Positions 57,201 to 64,000 of a DNA stretch of 64,000 nt are shown piece by piece (the first letter of the stretch is position 1; every line of letters begins with the position of its first letter). Made by a program: the position numbers and the translations under genes. The DNA lies in assembly GCA_047495785.1 (NCBI GenBank), contig JBLDXI010000017.1:806001-870000 (forward strand), written 5' to 3'. The notes under the pieces were generated by a model. The model made no database searches. It worked only from the letters and a program-made list of their open reading frames with translations, and was not told the origin of the DNA. Source of the stretch: Lepidodermella squamata (Eukaryota > Animalia > Gastrotricha).

Positions 57201-58012
57201 GCCGACCAGCTTAACCCTGGCTTTCATACTCGTTCCAACTCGACCTGTTTTCACCATAACTTTATACCGACCACCGTAATGCGGCTGTGGTTGAGGCGGC
57301 TCGGCTGTAGCTGGGCGGTGGGTTCGGCCGTGGACAGATGCGTTGTGACGGGACCATCGGTTGTAAACACTTCGAGCCGAAGCGGCGCGTTGGGCTGCCA
57401 TGGAAATTTCTGCTGAATTTATGATTGTGCGGTGTTTGTGGCGAAAATGTTCCCAATGCTCCTCGGGGCTGTTGCAAAACGCGCAAAACGTGCAATTCGC
57501 CCCGCCTTCGCGGCGTTCAATTTCAGCCGGGTCGGTTTCAAGCTCGGCAACAGATGTTGTACGAACTAGGTCAGCTGCTGATCGATGAGCTCCTTGAAAG
57601 CACGCTTGAGCGCTCCAGTCTTCACCGCCATCATTTCTCGCCAAAGTTTTGAAAACTATTATTACAAAAAATTAATAAAATCACTGAATAAGGAACAAAA
57701 TTTACTTTTCGGAACTTTGGTCAATGATTTATACGACTCCCACACCGGAGGACCATATGCGTAGAGCCCACCGTCGACAGCCCCGGTTCCACTGCCAGCT
57801 TCAGCCAGTTCGTTTTGAAGGCATCGCAACTTGAGCTCGGAGGATCTTGCGATGGCAGTTAATTTTCCGCTCAAACTTTCCTCGTTTGGAGTGTTATGTG
57901 ACCTGCCATCGCCAGACCATCGATCTTCGACCATAAAACTGCCCTTCGGTGCCGCGTTATAACGGCGAGCCTCGAGAAGGGTCAACCAGGCTGAATCTAA
58001 GGCCCCAGACAT
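51259..58012 (-). CDS. Seven PLAT/LH2 domains (LOXHD1-like) fused to a C-terminal NUDT9-type ADP-ribose pyrophosphatase (~13 exons)
   Basis: Repeated YEVxVx[11 protein letters not shown]..PFExGQxDVF..[14 protein letters not shown]..[13 protein letters not shown]. The junction TAC AG|GTTAAA..TATAG|A TTT GAA TGC completes PLAT7 in the same exon as the NUDT9 domain ([35 protein letters not shown]; last exon [16 protein letters not shown]). Confidence 0.88.
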
Positions 58013-58176
58013 CTTACAAAAGTAACTGCCTAAAATAGTGAAAGTAACTCAATATAATGAAGCGACAACAAATTTATTTCAACAACACATAGACAATAGT
58101 GAAACTTGTAAATAATTGCGAATAATACATTGTAATTGAGCGTTAAAGCCTGAGATAACGGCACCTGGAAAGATGC

Positions 58177-60285
58177 TCAAGTGCGTAAATAACGCGATTG
58201 ATCGCTTGGAAGGCCAATTTTTTGCTTCCAAGTTTTCAAGCACCAAGCTTCCATATTTCGATTTCGTTGGCAAAAAGCGCCGCAGGTTTTGTGAATTGAA
58301 AATTTTACAAGAGCTTTTGCAGGTGTGTATGAAGTTGAACAAGCAACGTTGATAAATTCATTTTCAGTTGTGCTATTACCGCGACTACGGCCAGCAAACA
58401 GGTCGAATAGGACTAGAATATCATCCATTATGAGATACTTGTTTTTGTCCATGTCGGCAGGCAAATCCCATCGAACTTTATCGTCGAACTCACAAGGTGG
58501 ATTACAGACCAATCGAACGGTGCTACCTTGGCTAGCGTTTATCATCACACTTTCGAATTGGGCTTTCTGACACGGTTTTTCTGTCGTTTTATCAGTAGAT
58601 TCTCGCTTAATAACACAGCTACGGCTTTCATAATCCCATGAGCAATCTCGATCCTTCAAGCAATAACGGATGCGCAAGTAACTTGAGCAAATGCTTTCCG
58701 GGCGAAAAGCATAGACCATGGAATCCGTCGAAAAGAACAAGTTTCCTGAACTTTGGTGCCAGGCTAGCATATTTAACTTTTCGTTGTTCACCACAGATAA
58801 GGACGCAGCTGGGTTAAAAGCCCATGACTTAGAATTTTCCTGGTAAACACGACCTTTAATCAAATTTCCTTCTGCTGTGCCAATGAAACCAGTAACAGCA
58901 CCATTCGCTTTGCTTTGGGCCAATTCCAGATGGGTGAAAGTTCCTTCAGCTTCGAAAATAGTTGTGGCTACTTGGGTACGCTGGGTGCTATTAAGCTCGG
59001 AGTCGCAGTCGATGATACTACCGGTAGGCCGTTTCCCCTTGGTAGAAGTTTCGCACTTCGAGAAGAAGTTTGACAGCTTCAGTAAGCTAAATGTACACAA
59101 AGCTGATCGAGCACCCCAAAGACCGGGCGGCGTGGAAAACAAAGCAAGGACCGTGTCATTGACCAACTTGACATCGCGTATCCAATTATATTGGAAGCTG
59201 GATGAAAAGCAGAATCCGTGACGCGGGCACTCGGTAACGCGACTTGACGACGTACAAATGAAGGAGGCCGAGAGAATGTTCCTGAATGTTTTCTCAAAAG
59301 GTACTTCAGACTCGGTAGGAGCATATGTAGTATCAGCGATATCGACTAGAAGCAACCTGGAATTTTCCTCCTGTCTGAGAAATCCAATAACTGCGCTAGC
59401 TGATAGGATGCCGGGGATAGAGTAGTGTTCAAAAGCTACAAATTCACCAACTCCCGATAAAACAGATGCGGGGCCTTGTAGAAGAGTGGAAGTCAGCTTA
59501 CTATGTAAAGCCCCTTTCTTGCCATCTTTATCAACTCCATCGTCATATGGCATCAGCTCCACTTCTGAGAACATTTTAACCTGAAGGCCAATTTTACGCA
59601 ACCAAAGGCCTGTAACCCAGACGCTAGATTTCTCACCAGCGACGGCAGATTTACTCTGCAAAAAAGCAAAAGATTGTTCGGGAAACTCCGGGCACAGCAT
59701 TCTGCTCTTATAGTACAGCTCGTGTGGTGTTGCAAAAGGGTCATCATCCATCATTGCAGATGATGCTTCCATGTTGATTTGCCGCATATTGCTCATAGAT
59801 AGTCCATTAATAACATAAATTGGCGAGCCCTTATTCCCCCCTGTAGTTGCGCAAAGCAGAAGGTCGTTTTGAGTGGAGTACACATTACTCTTGAAATTAT
59901 CATTGAGTCCAATAGATGAAAGCGGGACGATTAAACGAACATGCGATCCGCAATAAATTTTACGTTGGTCATCTTGCTGGCATAAGAAAAGTGGATCGTC
60001 ATCAAGAGTAAACGGAAGTTTCTCGGACCGCTTGAAATAGTTTAACGACCCTTTTGAGGAATTGCGCGTAATGGCAGCTGAGTAAAGGTAATCCATAGCC
60101 CCGACAAAGAAAGTTTGGCCATCGACTCCAAACTGAATCGTGCTGAAATATCTTTTCGTACCATCGTAGTCTGTGAACTTCAGTAGAGAATCGATCGAGT
60201 TCACGGCAAAGTCAGGAACATTGCAATCGATTCGAAATACGAAAAGCAGATGCAGGAAAAGGGTTATTGAATGAGTTAAAATCAT
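58177..60285 (-). CDS. Divergent secreted semaphorin (Sema-PSI-Ig, class 2-like), intronless CDS
   Basis: Signal peptide MILTHSITLFLHLLFVFRIDC; Sema motifs FFVGAMDYLY, CPEFPE, ALFSTP..SALC, FIGTAEG; PSI C..DRDCSWD..C; Ig-like STVRLVC..W; WC..WK tail as in Sema2; no TM. Confidence 0.8.
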   Translation of the reverse strand: MILTHSITLFLHLLFVFRIDCNVPDFAVNSIDSLLKFTDYDGTKRYFSTIQFGVDGQTFFVGAMDYLYSAAITRNSSKGSLNYFKRSEKLPFTLDDDPLFLCQQDDQRKIYCGSHVRLIVPLSSIGLNDNFKSNVYSTQNDLLLCATTGGNKGSPIYVINGLSMSNMRQINMEASSAMMDDDPFATPHELYYKSRMLCPEFPEQSFAFLQSKSAVAGEKSSVWVTGLWLRKIGLQVKMFSEVELMPYDDGVDKDGKKGALHSKLTSTLLQGPASVLSGVGEFVAFEHYSIPGILSASAVIGFLRQEENSRLLLVDIADTTYAPTESEVPFEKTFRNILSASFICTSSSRVTECPRHGFCFSSSFQYNWIRDVKLVNDTVLALFSTPPGLWGARSALCTFSLLKLSNFFSKCETSTKGKRPTGSIIDCDSELNSTQRTQVATTIFEAEGTFTHLELAQSKANGAVTGFIGTAEGNLIKGRVYQENSKSWAFNPAASLSVVNNEKLNMLAWHQSSGNLFFSTDSMVYAFRPESICSSYLRIRYCLKDRDCSWDYESRSCVIKRESTDKTTEKPCQKAQFESVMINASQGSTVRLVCNPPCEFDDKVRWDLPADMDKNKYLIMDDILVLFDLFAGRSRGNSTTENEFINVACSTSYTPAKALVKFSIHKTCGAFCQRNRNMEAWCLKTWKQKIGLPSDQSRYLRT

Positions 60286-60832
60286 TGCGCGAAACGTATA
60301 AGGTGGTGCCACACAGACCAACAGTTTCCCACTGATTCCGCAACCGTTGACCTTTTAAAGCCGTTATGAGGTAATTAAAATTCAAATCAATAAAATCGCC
60401 GAAATCCAACGACGCCGTTGATAAGTAAAAACTAAAGTGTTCCATTTGCAGTCAAATTATTTATTCGTTTATTTTGATGATTATTAAATAAAAATTGTCA
60501 AAACGAATTAGGTTGACAATGTGGCGCTAACAAGTCTCAGCTGTCTGCCCAGAAAAATGCCACCAAAAGGGCAAAAGTTGGTATCACACTTTAGACTTTA
60601 GCCCATGTTCATCTTGACCTAGGCAAAACTGAGTTGCTTTGGCCTAAATCAACTATGATAGCCGTTTTTTGATAATTTCCAAGTCAGCAAAAGTCGTCAA
60701 AACCTCAAATTACATTGCCCACTGCCCGTCCACCGTCCGTAAAATATTCATCATTGACTTCGTAGTTGCTCGTCTCACTTGAGAAGGCTTGGTATTCATA
60801 ACGTTAGTTTTTATTCTCCAAGGTAGTTATTG

Positions 60833-63303
60833 ATGACACTGGAATCTAGCGATGGATTTTTGTCGATTTCGCATCCTGCTGCTGTGAAGAAAACGAAGTA
60901 CCATTTTGGATGTAGTTTTATTATTTTAATCTAATTCCATTCGCTGTGCTGTAGTGACAGTTGCACTGTTAGCAAATGGTCAGTTGCGGATTCTGGTTAT
61001 CACAATGACAAAGTTTTGAATAGCTTTGTTGAGTCAAAGTCGAAAAGACGAGCATCGCTGATCAACAGGTAGTTTTGACTGAAATAATGAACCGTTTAGA
61101 TTTGACTCTTGACTTCTTAGATGTTATGCTGTGAGGTATGCTTGCATTGAGAAAGAATTTTCGCAGTTCATTCAGTTCGCAACATCTGACTCTGCATACT
61201 CGGAAGCGTGTGAACTTCAAGTTTTGGTACTCGGGGCCGGATTCGATAGCTCTTTCTGGAGATTTACCTCGAGGTTTCCGGATAAAAAGCTGCGTTTTGT
61301 TGAGGTATATTTTCTCCGTACGATCTAGCATAACGCTCTACAATCTCGGATTTAGTTTGATTTTCCAGATGTTTGTCGCCGCAAGTGCAATTTAGCTAGG
61401 AAAGATGGCCACATCTTGAACGAAAGAATCTCGGAGGATACCGAAACAACTTACTGTAAGCATGCTTTTGCGTGCACTGAATCGTTAATGTCTGCAAATT
61501 GATCAATGTAGGGCTTGAGTTTGAGAAGAATGAAAACGCTCGATTTGTTTCTGTCGGTTGCGACATGACCAATAGAGTCTTGTTTCAGAGAATGATCACT
61601 AAATCTGTGGATGTGTCTCTCCCGACTTTGGTCATTTCTGAAGTTGTATTTGTTTACATGAAAATTGAGAGCCGCTTGGCGATTCTGCAATCCGCTTATG
61701 AGCTCCTAAAGGACAATCCATTGTTGGTTTTCACAACTTACGAACAACTTGCTAAACCGGAGACGGATGCTTTCAGCAAAACCATGCTTACTTCGTTCAG
61801 CCAGCAACAAAGCCCATTGCTGTCATATTTCCGCAGTCCTCTTGAAGTCATCCAATTTTGGAAGAACAATTTCCCAAGCTCCAAGTGCGATATTGTTTTC
61901 CGGACTTGCAGTGACATTTTATTTGAGGATATTCACCCATCGGAGCGCGTTTGGTATTGCAACGTCGAAGCTTTGTTCGATGAATTCGAGCCATATCACA
62001 TGAAATGCAATTTGTACTTCGTCGCTTCAGCTTGCTTCGGGGAGCTCGGCGTGAAGTTAGCAAAAACCAGCTTGAAAGCGAGGCTAGCTATTCTCAGAGA
62101 GGCGGGGATGGATTTGAGAATTAGCGAAGCTCAAACTTGTCCTAATTTGACGAATTGCTACGGTTTCGGCTGTGCCAAACTCGAATCTTCAGAAAATGTT
62201 GCCCTCGTAGGTGGCTTTGGATCTAATACCAGTAGCGGCTTGGTTCACTGTCGAAACAAGTCAATACGAACGATAAATCTTGTCAATGGCGAATTAAAGA
62301 CGGCCAATTCGATTGGTATTGGTGGAGATTTTCTAGGTTCTGCATTTTCATGGAAAAGTATAGTTGCAACTTCCTTGACTATTTACAGACAGAATGCACT
62401 GCACCGTTACTGCTCTACCGAATTCGCGTATTTTTGTATTCGGCGGTCGTCGTTCTCCCAACGTTTCTGTGCGTAATTACGGGACAATTTCTGCAGATTC
62501 AGAAGTATCTTTTCGGTCAGAAAAACTTCATGAACTGGATCCAAATAACCCAGCTTTACCTCATCCTCGTTTTCGCCATGCGGCATGCAAACTAGACCTG
62601 AGTGAGGGTAAAATCAATCGTGGTTCATGGTGATTTAGCTTTAATGTTTTCATTCTGAAGGAGATGAAACTATCTTTACTCACGGCGGTCGCTTCGTCGA
62701 TGAGAAGCAGCATGTTTTTTGCGACTCGTGGCTTTTCCATGTCAAGAAATCCGAATGGATAAACCTATGGAGTTCTCACAATGCAATTGCGGGTCGTCAC
62801 AGCCACTCCGCTGTATCATCGGGATCTTCAATCTACGTGTTCGGTGGCCTGAATGACAACGAAGAGCCGTTGTCAGACTTGATTAGAATCAAAAGTATAC
62901 TTCATTTTTGAATTATCATATCATTATCTTGCCCGGTTTTTCTTCAGTCGGACCTAATTTAGACTTTGAAGCTGCTAAAATGGTCACAACGCCTGAATTG
63001 GAACCTCGTTACGGTCATTCGGCTCATATATACGACGGAAAATTGATAATTGTTGGAGGTATTTGCCCTCTGGCTGCTCCATTTACAAGCAGCGAAATCG
63101 TTGTCATTGACCTCAATTCTGGCTTGGCGAAGAACTTCTCTGCGAAACCATCCCCGATCCCGTTTATGTTTGTCAACCATGGTTCTTGTATCGACGAAAA
63201 CGCTAAGCAGCTAGTCGTATACGGCGGCGGGGCGAATTGCTTCAGTTTTGGAACTCATTTCAACACGATTATGCTGAAAATTCCGTTGATCGATTTATTT
63301 TGA
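60833..63303 (+). CDS. LCMT2: tRNA wybutosine-synthesising methyltransferase TYW4/LCMT2 (LCM domain plus Kelch repeats)
   Basis: AVKKTNDSCTVSK, RRASLINR, VLVLGAGFDS, PTLVISEVVFVYM, YEQL..DAFSKTM, FDEFE; Kelch repeats (FVFGGR, PRFRH, PRYGHSA) and terminal GGGANCFSFGTHFN. Confidence 0.92.
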
Positions 63304-63399
63304 AAAGCCGACGTATAATTTTGCCATTTTTTTCTCAACTAGATTTTTATTAAAAGATTGATGAATTTTATGGAGTATCAGCCCACTTGAATCTTTCCA

Positions 63400-64000
63400 A
63401 TGATGATGCGAGGCAGTATTGTCCTGTGGCTAGGCATTGGCGCTCTAGCCTTTACTATCGACTGGGGCGTATTTTGGCTGCTTTCGATCTTCCTATTATT
63501 CGTCTCATTCATCGGCGGCGTATTATTTGCGATTTATTATATATCGGAAAAACGTATTACTAGTTACCAAAATGCTGAGAACACTTCTGCTTCTTCTACT
63601 TCCGCGTCGTCTTTCATTAGCAGTAGCAACATTCAATTCCAAGGCATTCCAGCTGTTACCAACAACGTTTCGCAGTTGAAGAGCGAAATCGAATCGTTGG
63701 AAACACAGAATGAAGAAATTACGGGAATACCAGAGGTCGACGCCCAGCTTAATTTATGCCTCGAATACCTTGTTCGCGATTACGTGGTACCGTGGTCGAA
63801 AAAGTTGTCGGCTACTAACGATAACCAGGTTTTGGACGAATCGCTGAAAAATAAATTACGAAGTGCCATAACAAATTTTGCGAATCCGCTACGGTCTATA
63901 GACTGGGTCGACTATTTTACGGCGCAATTAGTCGACGATTTCGCGACTCATCTTCATTTGTATCGAATAGCCCTGGAACGCGTGAAAATGCGGCGGTCTA
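63400..64000 (+). CDS. SNX13: Sorting nexin with N-terminal TM hairpin and PXA domain (SNX13-like), truncated by window end
   Basis: Open frame from ATG 63400: two TM segments with FIGG, then ITGIPEVDAQL..LVRDYVVPW..VDYFTAQLVDDFATHLHLYR, typical of the SNX13 PXA domain. Confidence 0.85.
   Translation, partial: MMMRGSIVLWLGIGALAFTIDWGVFWLLSIFLLFVSFIGGVLFAIYYISEKRITSYQNAENTSASSTSASSFISSSNIQFQGIPAVTNNVSQLKSEIESLETQNEEITGIPEVDAQLNLCLEYLVRDYVVPWSKKLSATNDNQVLDESLKNKLRSAITNFANPLRSIDWVDYFTAQLVDDFATHLHLYRIALERVKMRRS

Overview
Gene-dense animal (metazoan) nuclear DNA with mostly 44-60 nt GT-AG introns; the taxon cannot be fixed from this window. I reconstructed 15 protein-coding genes by hand-splicing the ORF track: CDKL1/4-like kinase, CCDC61, a GPI-type Cys-rich protein, an NWD1-like NACHT-WD40 protein, SKI3/TTC37, an AT-hook/C2H2 zinc-finger protein, a double serine-protease homologue, an Amt ammonium transporter, two tandem orphan Cys-loop channel subunits, a secreted L-type lectin, a 7xPLAT-NUDT9 fusion, a class-2-like semaphorin, LCMT2/TYW4 and the start of SNX13. 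Not visible in the ORF track: a tRNA-Asp(GTC) and a full U3 snoRNA in tandem inside one NWD intron, a frameshifted Sola-like transposon with inverted repeats, and several MITE/foldback elements, two with 8-bp TSDs. Best novelty candidates: (1) a LOXHD1-like PLAT array spliced in frame to an intact-looking NUDT9 ADP-ribose pyrophosphatase; (2) the intronic tRNA-U3 cassette; (3) twin Cys-loop subunits with an unusual P-M-K/His2' pore and remodelled ligand loops; (4) operon-like gene spacing with splice acceptors next to start codons, suggesting SL trans-splicing. All exon boundaries were read by eye; no database searches were run.
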